From assembly GCA_965216875.1 (NCBI GenBank), contig OZ244207.1, positions 5,760,001 to 5,824,000 of the forward strand: a stretch of DNA of 64,000 nucleotides, in the 5' to 3' direction. Below the pieces are notes generated by a model. That model was not told the origin of the DNA, searched no databases, and worked only from the letters and a program-made list of their open reading frames with translations. Shown piece after piece: positions 47,458-56,315 of the stretch. This stretch comes from Rubripirellula sp. (GTDB lineage Bacteria > Planctomycetota > Planctomycetia > Pirellulales > Pirellulaceae). The stretch's first letter is position 1. Each line of letters starts with the position of its first letter. The position numbers were made by a program, and so were the translations under genes.

Positions 47458-48708
47458 TCACTCGTCCGATTGGGCATCTTCAGAAGCTTCGATCTCAAAC
47501 TCAACGCTGCAGGTCATGCCAGGCAGGACAGCAGCGTCCTTTGGCAACTTGACCGAAAGCACACAGTCGTACTTTGTCCCCGCGTAAGGGATCGCCGAAA
47601 CCATCTTGACCGTCGCGGCCGCTTTGGCTTCAGGGAATGCGGTGACTTTGACAGTCCCCTTCGCACCCGCTTTGACATGCCGCAGTTCGTTTTCAGAAAG
47701 GTCCGCACGAATCTGCAGTCGACCTGGCTCGACGATGGTCGCCAGCACTTGTGACCCGGTTGCCGCTGAACCGTCTTTAAGGGTCGACGGCTTGTCGCTG
47801 ATCTTGCCCCGAGTGACTTTGCCGTGCACCAAGATCCCTTCTTGAGGTGAACGAATCACAAGATGCTTTCGCTCCTCTTTGAGTTTGGCGAACTTCTTTT
47901 CAGCCTCTTTGAACTTGTCGCGTTTTTGCTGCATTTCGATGTCGCGTTTGCGGCGTGCAACATCAAGATCTCGCATCGCTTTGACGTGAGACATTTCGGC
48001 TCGCGTGAATGCGTCTTGTTGTTCGGCTTCGGAGCGAGGGATCGACTGATTGATCGAACGGTCGGTCGAGATCTCGGTGCCACGCAAACGATACTCTGCG
48101 TTTTCAACGGCATGCTTGGCTCGCTTCAAGACGATCTCCTCCGACTCTTCGGTCAGATCGTCTTCTTTGTACATCTGCTCGAGTTGCTCGAGTTCTTCGC
48201 GCACGTTTTCAAGTGACGACCGCGCGTTCTTTAGGCTGTAGTGAGCCGATTCGACCATCCGCTCGCGATCAAATTGAACGTAGTTGTCGAACGTTTGACG
48301 AGCTTGTTCGAATCGTCGCTGGGCCGACTCGCGATCAAGCTTCTGAGAGGCGATGAATTGGTCGTAGGCAAACTGATCGTCTTCGAACGTGATCTCGGCC
48401 AGTCGATGAGTCGCGGTCGCTTCCTTGATTTTCTTGTCGACATCTTCCGTCTCGAACCACACCACGTTTTGGCCTTTGTTGACGCGTGTGCCGTGAGGAA
48501 GGATGCGTTTGATTTTGAGCGAACTGAGTTCTTCCGTGTCGGCCTTCAGTTCATGCGATCGGATGGCTTCAAAGACGCCTTTGACCGTAACCACTTTTGG
48601 CTTGGCATCGCTCGCCGAATCGGGTTCATCGTCAGCGTGTACTACGAGTGGAAATGCCACAACAACTGTCGCAACAAGCGATCTCAACAGGGAATCGCGA
48701 AGCATCAT
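47458..48708 (-). CDS. HlyD/membrane-fusion-type periplasmic adaptor with a long coiled coil
   Basis: Barrel-sandwich halves GTRVNKGQ and IRSPQEG; long helical hairpin; C-terminal LPGMTCSVEF. Start set at ATG 48708. Confidence 0.8.
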   Translation of the reverse strand: MMLRDSLLRSLVATVVVAFPLVVHADDEPDSASDAKPKVVTVKGVFEAIRSHELKADTEELSSLKIKRILPHGTRVNKGQNVVWFETEDVDKKIKEATATHRLAEITFEDDQFAYDQFIASQKLDRESAQRRFEQARQTFDNYVQFDRERMVESAHYSLKNARSSLENVREELEQLEQMYKEDDLTEESEEIVLKRAKHAVENAEYRLRGTEISTDRSINQSIPRSEAEQQDAFTRAEMSHVKAMRDLDVARRKRDIEMQQKRDKFKEAEKKFAKLKEERKHLVIRSPQEGILVHGKVTRGKISDKPSTLKDGSAATGSQVLATIVEPGRLQIRADLSENELRHVKAGAKGTVKVTAFPEAKAAATVKMVSAIPYAGTKYDCVLSVKLPKDAAVLPGMTCSVEFEIEASEDAQSDE

Positions 48709-48977
48709 GATGTTCCGTCTAGGTGGGGATGGTTCAGCTGAGAGAGGTAGCGGTTGGCCACAGGATCGTCGGGGGGACGCTCCGAGGGGTGTGCCGCCTT
48801 TGGCCTCATCTTCGCTGCAAGCGACGCCAGAGTCCAACATTTTTGACCGACCATCGAGCAAACGAGCCTATTCGTTCAATTGGCGTCCCTTGGCGCAAAT
48901 CGCTCGATCCGTCCTATTATGGCGGCCATCCTTCGGCCATTCGACCAGTGCCCCACCGCGAACCGTCGCCCCAACCC

Positions 48978-49742
48978 ATGCCCTCACTGAAGCCATCTGT
49001 TTGTATTGACGCCGTGTTTGGTGATCTGACTGCGGCAGACGCAATCGGCAAAGTGCGTGAATCGGGGATCGATGCATTCGAATTCTGGGGTTGGTGGGAC
49101 AAGGACCTCGACGAGATTGAAAAGGCTCGCGATGCCCATGGCATGTCGATTTCCGCTTGCTGCACCAAATTCATCAGCCTTGTTGATCCGGCCAAACGGT
49201 CGGATTATTTGAAAGGGATCGAGGAATCGATCGCAGCAGCCAAGCGACTCGGTTGTCCGACCCTGATCTCTCAAGTCGGTGATGCCTTGCCTGGTGTCCC
49301 GCGCAGGCATCAACACGATTGCTTGGTCAATGGACTGAAGGAAGCGGCCCCAATGTTAGAGGGGTCGGGCGTCACGCTTGTGATCGAACCGCTCAATGAG
49401 TTGATCGATCACGCCGGCTACTACCTGATCCGAAGCGACGAAGCGTTTCAGATCATTGACGAAGTCGGCAGCCCCGCCGTGAAGGTGGTCTTCGATATCT
49501 ACCACCAACAGATCAGCGAAGGTCAGCTGATCGCCAACATCACGGCAAACACGAGCAAGATTGCTCACTTTCATGCGGCCGGGAATCCGGGACGGCACGA
49601 ATTGACTCGCGGCGAACTAAACTATCCGTCGATCTTTGCAGCGATCCACGAAACCGACTTTGATGGTTTCGTCGGGTTGGAATACTGGCCCGTTGACGAT
49701 CCCGTCAGCGGACTGCGCGAAGTTGCCGGATGGTTCAACTGA
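48978..49742 (+). CDS. Hydroxypyruvate isomerase-family TIM barrel (AP endonuclease 2 family)
   Basis: AFEFW, IEPLN, FDIYHQQISEG, HFHAAGNPGRHE..GELNY, GLEY. Start at ATG 48978. Confidence 0.88.
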   Translation: MPSLKPSVCIDAVFGDLTAADAIGKVRESGIDAFEFWGWWDKDLDEIEKARDAHGMSISACCTKFISLVDPAKRSDYLKGIEESIAAAKRLGCPTLISQVGDALPGVPRRHQHDCLVNGLKEAAPMLEGSGVTLVIEPLNELIDHAGYYLIRSDEAFQIIDEVGSPAVKVVFDIYHQQISEGQLIANITANTSKIAHFHAAGNPGRHELTRGELNYPSIFAAIHETDFDGFVGLEYWPVDDPVSGLREVAGWFN

Positions 49743-49788
49743 ATCACTCGTTAACAGTCACCACACTCCTGCCAAACGATTCCCGACG

Positions 49789-51159
49789 ATGCAACGCAAT
49801 GCACTGACACTCCTGTTCTGCTCTCTCTTCGCCCTCACAGCCACTGCGGCCGACAAGCCAAACATCATTTACGTATTGGCTGACGACATGGGTTACGGCG
49901 ACCTGTCTTGTTACGGACAAACGATGCTCGCCACGCCTAACATCGACAAGATGGCTCGCGAAGGCATCAAGTTCAATCGTCACTACGCCGGCAGCACCGT
50001 CTGCGCACCCAGCCGCTGTGTCCTCCTTACCGGCAAACACATCGGCCACGCCAGTGTTCGCGGAAACGACACCGGCATCATTCCTGACGAAGAAGTCACC
50101 CTCGCGGAAATGCTCAAGGATGCCGGCTACCGAACCGGTTGTGTCGGCAAATGGGGCGTCGGGAACCCGCCGCCACTGGACGATCCCAAACGCAACGGCT
50201 TCGACTTTTTCTATGGGTACGTGAACATGTTTCACGCCCATAACTTCTATCCTGAATTCATCGTGCGCGATGGCGTCAAAGAGCCGCTTCGAAACGAGCT
50301 GGCCGACAAGTGGAAAGCGCCCGCTCGCGAAGGACGTGAGGGACGCGGCGTCGCCAAAACCAAAGTCGACTACGTGCCCGATCTGGTGACCGACGAAGCG
50401 CTCGCGTTTGTCGAGCGAAACAAAGAACGTCCTTTCTTTCTCTACTACGCACTCAACATTCCCCACGCCAACAACGAAGGCGGCAAAGACGGGATGGAAG
50501 TGCCCACGTTTGGTGAGTTTTCGTCGAAGCCGTGGCCAAAGCAAGAGAAGGGTTTCGCGTCGATGATTCACAACATCGACCGTGACATGGGAAAGCTGTT
50601 CGCGAAACTCGAAGAATTGGGCTTGGACGAAAACACCATCGTTTTCTTTTCAAGTGACAATGGCCCTCATCAAGAAGGCGGGCACATCATGGAGTTCTTC
50701 AATTCCAATGGCAGCCTGACCGGAATGAAACGTGATCTCTACGAAGGGGGCATTCGTGTCCCTCTGATCGTTCGCTGGCCCGGCAAGATTAAACCGAGCA
50801 CGGAATCGAATCACATCAGTGGTTTCCAGGATGTCATGCCAACGCTTGCCGATCTCAGCGGCGCGACCTCGGTTTCCGAAGACGGCCTCTCCTTCGCCCC
50901 AACGCTATTTGGCAACGACCATGACCAAAAGCAGCACCCCTATCTCTACTGGGAATTCAAAGAACGTGGCGGCAAACAAGCCGTCCTCAAAGATGGCTGG
51001 AAAGCGGTCCGTTTGAATTGGACCAAAAACCCCAGCGGCCCTCTTCAATTGTTCCACCTTGAAAGCGATCCAGCCGAGCAAAATGATGTTGCCGCAAAAC
51101 ATCCCGAGCTTGTCCAGTCGTTCGCAGCGATCATGAAGCAAGAACACGTCCCACAATAG
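49789..51159 (+). CDS. Arylsulfatase-family sulfatase
   Basis: PNIIYVLADDMGYGD; CAPSRCVLLTG; GKWG; SDNG; signal peptide from ATG 49789. Confidence 0.93.
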   Translation: MQRNALTLLFCSLFALTATAADKPNIIYVLADDMGYGDLSCYGQTMLATPNIDKMAREGIKFNRHYAGSTVCAPSRCVLLTGKHIGHASVRGNDTGIIPDEEVTLAEMLKDAGYRTGCVGKWGVGNPPPLDDPKRNGFDFFYGYVNMFHAHNFYPEFIVRDGVKEPLRNELADKWKAPAREGREGRGVAKTKVDYVPDLVTDEALAFVERNKERPFFLYYALNIPHANNEGGKDGMEVPTFGEFSSKPWPKQEKGFASMIHNIDRDMGKLFAKLEELGLDENTIVFFSSDNGPHQEGGHIMEFFNSNGSLTGMKRDLYEGGIRVPLIVRWPGKIKPSTESNHISGFQDVMPTLADLSGATSVSEDGLSFAPTLFGNDHDQKQHPYLYWEFKERGGKQAVLKDGWKAVRLNWTKNPSGPLQLFHLESDPAEQNDVAAKHPELVQSFAAIMKQEHVPQ

Positions 51160-51213
51160 CTTCCTTCGCTAACCCCAACCGCGCCCAAACATCCCATTCG
51201 ACCAAGTAATCCT

Positions 51214-52569
51214 TTGAGCGAAACAGACGATACCGAATCCGATCCGAACCCCTACCAGTCGCCAGACGACTCGGATGCCAATGCGGGCGAGTCACTCGAC
51301 GCGCAGCAATCGGGTGGTGAGAAACAACCGCGGCAAGCGGCGATGGCGTTCATTCTGGTCACGCTCTTTATCGACATTCTTGGCATCGGAATCATCATTC
51401 CTGTGCTGCCCGAATTGGTCAAAGAGTTGGTCGCCGTTGATGGTTCGAGCGTCAATATTGCCAAAGCAGGACGGTACGTCGGTGTTATCGGTGCCGCTTA
51501 TGCAACGATGCAGTTCCTGTTCGCGCCTATCTTGGGTGCGTTGTCGGATCGTTTCGGACGGCGTCCAGTCATTCTGGCATCGTTGTTTGGGTTTGGCGTC
51601 GACTTCCTGATCCAAGGCTTCGCACCCAACATCACCTGGTTGTTCGTCGGACGATTGTTAGCCGGCGTCATGGGCGCGAGCTTCACGACCGCCAACGCAT
51701 ACATTGCTGATGTCTCGACACCCGAGAACCGAGCTCGCAATTTTGGCATGGTCGGAATGATGTTTGGGCTCGGTTTCATCATCGGCCCTGCACTCGGCGG
51801 TGTGCTCGGCGGCTTTAGTCTTCGATTGCCGTTCTTCGTTGCTGCTGGTTTGGCGCTGGTGAATTGGCTTTACGGCTTCTTTGTCCTTCCGGAATCGCTG
51901 CCACCAGAAAAGCGCAGCCAGTTCTCATTGCGAAAAGCGAACCCGGTCGGCGCGTTCAAACACCTCCGCAAGTACCCGCTCGTCGCTGGACTTGCGATTG
52001 TGTTCGTTTGCACCTCGCTCGCCCAACGTGGACTCGAAAGCGTCTGGGTTCTGTACACCGGATTTCGATACGATTGGAACGAGCTGACCAACGGCCTCGC
52101 GTTGGGATTGGTCGGTCTCACGTCGGCCTTTGTCCAAGGTGGCCTGGTCCGTCCCTTCACCAAGCGATTTGGTGAGCGGCGTACGGCAAAGATTGGCATC
52201 ACCGTTTCGGCGATCGCCTTCATGGGCTACGGTCTCGCCAGCGAAGGTTGGATGATTCCGGTCATCATCATCTTTGGTTCCCTTGGCGGTCTGACTGGCC
52301 CCGCGGTGCAAAGCATCGTTGCGGGCACCGTCGATCCATCGGAACAAGGACGCATTCAGGGTGCGCTGACGTCACTCATGAGCTTGACGAACATTTTTGC
52401 GCCAATGTTCTTCACCTGGGGGCTGTTTAGCTACTTCGCCTCCGACAGGGCCGCGTTCGATTTGCCAGGTGCCCCCTTCCTCACCGGCAGCATCCTCTTG
52501 TTCACGGCGTTGGCCATCATCACGAACGTCTTCAGCAAGTTTCCCGAAGCGGAAAAAGAAGAGGATTGA
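51214..52569 (+). CDS. TCR/Tet-family MFS efflux transporter
   Basis: MFS motif A GALSDRFGRRP; GRLLAG; motif C GFIIGPALGG; about 12 TM helices. Confidence 0.92.
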   Translation: MSETDDTESDPNPYQSPDDSDANAGESLDAQQSGGEKQPRQAAMAFILVTLFIDILGIGIIIPVLPELVKELVAVDGSSVNIAKAGRYVGVIGAAYATMQFLFAPILGALSDRFGRRPVILASLFGFGVDFLIQGFAPNITWLFVGRLLAGVMGASFTTANAYIADVSTPENRARNFGMVGMMFGLGFIIGPALGGVLGGFSLRLPFFVAAGLALVNWLYGFFVLPESLPPEKRSQFSLRKANPVGAFKHLRKYPLVAGLAIVFVCTSLAQRGLESVWVLYTGFRYDWNELTNGLALGLVGLTSAFVQGGLVRPFTKRFGERRTAKIGITVSAIAFMGYGLASEGWMIPVIIIFGSLGGLTGPAVQSIVAGTVDPSEQGRIQGALTSLMSLTNIFAPMFFTWGLFSYFASDRAAFDLPGAPFLTGSILLFTALAIITNVFSKFPEAEKEED

Positions 52570-52587
52570 GGTCGTGTCCCCGTGCCC

Positions 52588-52779
52588 GTGAGCCGAACGC
52601 GCTCGCGTCGGGCCCTCTGAGACACCAAAGAGTGTGACCCGGCCGCTTTCATACAGATTGTAGGAGCGTCTTCGGACGGATGCATTAAGATTCCGGCATC
52701 GTCGCCTTTCGCTCCGCGAAAGTTGCGTTTGCGGGCGCTACTTTCGCGGAGCGAAAGGCGACATTCATAAATCACAGCC
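52588..52779. repeat. Composite REP cluster (family E arm + family F REPIN)
   Basis: GTGAGCCGAACGCGCTCGCGTCGGGCC at 52588. GTCGCCTTTCGCTCCGCGAAAGT...ACTTTCGCGGAGCGAAAGGCGAC at 52701-52762 is a near-identical inverted copy of 45943-46005. Confidence 0.85.
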
Positions 52780-52805
52780 GAGGAGCTTGTAACACCGCCC
52801 TCGCC

Positions 52806-54416
52806 TTACTTCACCCGAATGATCCGCTGATCGACCGCCTCTTTCCCAGATCGGTCGATGGCGCGGACTTCGATCAGATGGGTGCCAGTGCCCAAACTCG
52901 AAGGCAATGTCGCTTTCCAAAGATGGCGGGTTTGATGTGGTGACGGCAATTCGGTCCAGGTCCGATCTTTCAACGCAGCTTCGCGTTCCTTTTCGGCCAT
53001 GAAACCTGGATCGAGCCCGGGCGATTGTTTCATCGAAATCCAATCGCCTTGGCCAATTCGCATCGACACTTGCGAATCATCCGCCCCACCAAAGACGTTC
53101 ACCGTCACGGTCGTTTCAGCGAGCTTGGATTTGGCGACAACCTCGGGCGCGTAAATGTTCATCTGATGTTCGGCCGGACGACCCGCAGCGCGGAATTCGA
53201 GTCGATATTTGTTCCCATCAAACTCCATGATCGAATAGCCATTGGGGGCTCCATCGGACATCGTTGCGTGAGGGATACCGCGTTCGTCCTTTTGACCGCG
53301 CCACCAACTTCCGCTCACCGTGACATTGATGATGTGATGGTGCTTTTCTTTGCCCCGCCATCCATCTTCTTTGCCGATCAATCGATGTTCCATGAAGTGC
53401 CGATGAGCCGAAATGGAGACGGTCGCAGGCCGCTGTTCAATCAAGCGATAGAGATCTTGCCGATCTTTGACTTCCTGGATTGGCACGTGCATCAACAAAA
53501 CAACCAGCTGATCCTCGGGAATGCCCGCTAGATCGTTCTTCACGAATTCGATCTGTTTCTCACCAAGGCCACCGTGATAGTGAGCCTTTTTGCCGTCGTG
53601 GGCCGCCACCCAAACGACGTCGTCGAGCACCAGAAAATGGGCCGGACCATGGTCAAATGAGTAGTAGGTCGGGCCGTAAATGCTCTCGAACGTCTCATCA
53701 CTGAGTTTGTCGTCGGGAGCGTCCAAGTTCAGATCATGATTCCCGATCACGTTGTACCAGGGGATGCCGATCAGCGCGATCGCTTGATTGAGCGGCTGCA
53801 TGACGTACAGGTCATCGAACACGATGTCGCCAAGGGTCACCCCAAAGGAGGCGTCGTGCCCTTCCGCAGCAATGATCTGTTCAACGACATCATGCGCAAT
53901 GTATTCAACTTCTTTGATGTTGCTCGGTTGCGGGTCACCAAACAAGATCGCCTTGAACTTGTCCGGCTCTTGATTTCGATGCAATGGAAAATCGATCGAC
54001 TTCGGAAGCGGTCCGGTTGGTTTGACGCCTGCGAATTTGAAATTGGGCGGCGAACCGGCTGGCTTGTGAATGTAGTAGAACTGCGGCAATTGGTTCTCAC
54101 CCATCGGAACCTGCCAGTTTCGCGGCTTGATCACAAAGAGGATGGTGTCGCTATCGACCTCGATCGCATATCGACCATCCGCATCTGTCTTGACGATCTC
54201 TTTGCCGTTACTGACTTTGATTCCAGCGAGTCCTGGTTCACCTTCGTCACGTGTGCCGTTCTTGTTCGCATCGTCAAAGACAACGCCGCGAGCCGTTTCG
54301 GTCGGCGCGTGATCGTGTTCGTGATGTTCACCTTCGTGTGCTCGCAAAACACTTGTCGAAGGGGCGATGCCAATCGCCGCGATCAAAGCAAACAGAAAAA
54401 AAGACCGGTAGGGCAT
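52806..54416 (-). CDS. Calcineurin-like metallophosphoesterase with N- and C-terminal accessory domains
   Basis: GDPQ, LGD, GNHD, MHVP, SAHRH; N-terminal GVVFDDANKNG..D.GE.G; signal peptide and His-rich linker. Start at ATG 54416. Confidence 0.9.
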   Translation of the reverse strand: MPYRSFFLFALIAAIGIAPSTSVLRAHEGEHHEHDHAPTETARGVVFDDANKNGTRDEGEPGLAGIKVSNGKEIVKTDADGRYAIEVDSDTILFVIKPRNWQVPMGENQLPQFYYIHKPAGSPPNFKFAGVKPTGPLPKSIDFPLHRNQEPDKFKAILFGDPQPSNIKEVEYIAHDVVEQIIAAEGHDASFGVTLGDIVFDDLYVMQPLNQAIALIGIPWYNVIGNHDLNLDAPDDKLSDETFESIYGPTYYSFDHGPAHFLVLDDVVWVAAHDGKKAHYHGGLGEKQIEFVKNDLAGIPEDQLVVLLMHVPIQEVKDRQDLYRLIEQRPATVSISAHRHFMEHRLIGKEDGWRGKEKHHHIINVTVSGSWWRGQKDERGIPHATMSDGAPNGYSIMEFDGNKYRLEFRAAGRPAEHQMNIYAPEVVAKSKLAETTVTVNVFGGADDSQVSMRIGQGDWISMKQSPGLDPGFMAEKEREAALKDRTWTELPSPHQTRHLWKATLPSSLGTGTHLIEVRAIDRSGKEAVDQRIIRVK

Positions 54417-54536
54417 GTCTTGGTCGGGGGCAGGTGAAAAAGCGGGCGGGAGGTTTGCGGTATAGCTTAGTCGACAAGTCGATCGAACCCGAATGATGGC
54501 GGCCAATTCGGGAGTTTGTAGGACTGCCTTTGTGCG

Positions 54537-55583
54537 TTAGAACCGATCTTTCCAAAGCTCGTTTCGACTTGGGGGTACCGTTGTGTCGGCGAGGTTACCG
54601 TTGCGGTACAAAATCTCGTGAATCTTGTCGGCCGACCCGTCGAATGAGCCTCCAAACTCGATGTGCCAATCACGATCGGTTGGCACGAGCGAATCGATCG
54701 TGGGCCAAGGATCAAAGGGCGAAAACCCGACTGCCTCGACCAGCTTTGATGAATCCATCGTCACATTCCCCGCTCGAGGTGGCATCGGCCCCGCCTCGAT
54801 TCGGTCGCATCCTTGCAACAACTTGGGATCGTAACCCCCAACGACGTTTACGATCTGAGCGATTTCGTAAAGACTCAGTCGCCTTGGACCGCCAGCGTGA
54901 TGGATGCCCGAGATCGGATTCAACAACAGATGATGAAAAAGCCGGTTCATGCAATCGGTATACGACGGCGTGCGCACTTCATCAAAGTAGAGCGTTGCTG
55001 GTTTGTCTTGTTTGAAGCGAGACGCAATCCAATCCACCGCGCCCGCGTGGCCATTGAAGCTGATGCCCATCGGAAGTGAAATTCGAAGGACGCAAGCGTC
55101 GGGACGTTTCGAAAGCACAACCTGTTCCGCCTCGACCATCTTTGCACCGTAGATGGTCACCGGATCGGTCGGGTCGGTTTCGACATAACCGCCCTGCCCT
55201 TGCCCGCTGTAAACCAAGTCAATGGACAGATGGATGACTTGAGCACCATGTCGAACGGCACCTCGAATCATGTTTTGCGCACCGACCACATTGACGCGAT
55301 GCGCCATCTCGGGATCGAGCTCACATGACTTGAGACGACAACTGCCGCCACAGCTCAAGACGGCTGCAAACTGGTACTCATCCCACAGACGATCCATCGC
55401 CGCCGTGTCTTCCAAGTCGCAACCGATGATCCCCTCACCGGCAAGCGGCCACATCGACGATTGGCGAATCCCAATGACTTGGTCTCCGAATCGTTCGCGA
55501 AAGTAGTGGAACGCGTTGTATCCAGGAACTCCAGCAATTCCAGTGACCAAAAGTGGCAGCGGCGGCGTAGTGAACACGTGCAA
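54537..55583 (-). CDS. RmlD-like (dTDP-4-dehydrorhamnose reductase-family) extended SDR
   Basis: LVTGIAGVPG, CELDP..A.RVNV, HLSIDLVYSG, YGAKMVEAE, DEVRTP. Confidence 0.8.
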   Translation of the reverse strand: MHVFTTPPLPLLVTGIAGVPGYNAFHYFRERFGDQVIGIRQSSMWPLAGEGIIGCDLEDTAAMDRLWDEYQFAAVLSCGGSCRLKSCELDPEMAHRVNVVGAQNMIRGAVRHGAQVIHLSIDLVYSGQGQGGYVETDPTDPVTIYGAKMVEAEQVVLSKRPDACVLRISLPMGISFNGHAGAVDWIASRFKQDKPATLYFDEVRTPSYTDCMNRLFHHLLLNPISGIHHAGGPRRLSLYEIAQIVNVVGGYDPKLLQGCDRIEAGPMPPRAGNVTMDSSKLVEAVGFSPFDPWPTIDSLVPTDRDWHIEFGGSFDGSADKIHEILYRNGNLADTTVPPSRNELWKDRF

Positions 55584-55772
55584 TCAGATCGAAGGGGCTT
55601 CGTAGGGGCGGTGCTATCCCGTAATCGCATCGCCCGGCAACGCCATTTAGCATCGCCATCGAGTGCCCTAAACTAAGCAGAGGCCTTACTCTGCTCAACC
55701 GCAATTCCCCTTTGCTTCCCGACGGGTGATCCCTTTCGCTTCCCAACGGAAGTCAATGAGGCTTGATGGTCG

Positions 55773-56207
55773 ATGTGGCGACGCCTGACCGATTGGATCG
55801 AACAAACAAAACGAATACCTGCGGTACCGATCGAATTCCGCGCCGAGTGGATTTGGGTTCCCCTGGTACTCCTGTTCGTCGGCACGCCGGCCTTCCTTGG
55901 TTGCGTGGTTCTCGCCGCACTCGGATTTAAATGGCCGCTCATCGTGCTCGTCTGCATCTGCGTACTCGGCCCATTGTTCACGAGCGAACCGGTCACCAAA
56001 CGCATCGCTGCTGCGGCCAGTTTGACCGGCGCAATCGTGTTTTCAGCGTTGTACTACTTTGCGATGATGGTTCTTGGTGATTTTTGGCCTTTGCGCGCGC
56101 TGTTCGATTCCGAATTCGGGCTCGCATCGTTCTTTTCCCTTCACACTTTGAGCGTTTTTCCAGCGTCTTGGGTCGTGTACCGGTCGATCCGACCCAAGCA
56201 GCCCTGA
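55773..56207 (+). CDS. Hypothetical membrane protein
   Basis: About four hydrophobic helices; no recognisable motif. Confidence 0.55.
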   Translation: MWRRLTDWIEQTKRIPAVPIEFRAEWIWVPLVLLFVGTPAFLGCVVLAALGFKWPLIVLVCICVLGPLFTSEPVTKRIAAAASLTGAIVFSALYYFAMMVLGDFWPLRALFDSEFGLASFFSLHTLSVFPASWVVYRSIRPKQP

Positions 56208-56315
56208 ACTTTTTTCAGAATTTCAAAACACTTCCCACTTCGAAGGCTCCTACAGCGAAGCAGCCGACTCGTTCATCTCGGCTGCGTTTCAACACGCTGT
56301 GTTAGGAGCACCATC

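Noticed and set aside
51214..52569. Acquired tetracycline-resistance determinant
   Set aside because: Generic chromosomal TCR-family MFS with no tetR or mobile context; the substrate cannot be inferred.
54537..55583. Rhamnose or O-antigen biosynthesis locus
   Set aside because: A solitary RmlD-like gene with divergent motifs (YxxxK replaced by YGAKM); no rmlABC or glycosyltransferases.
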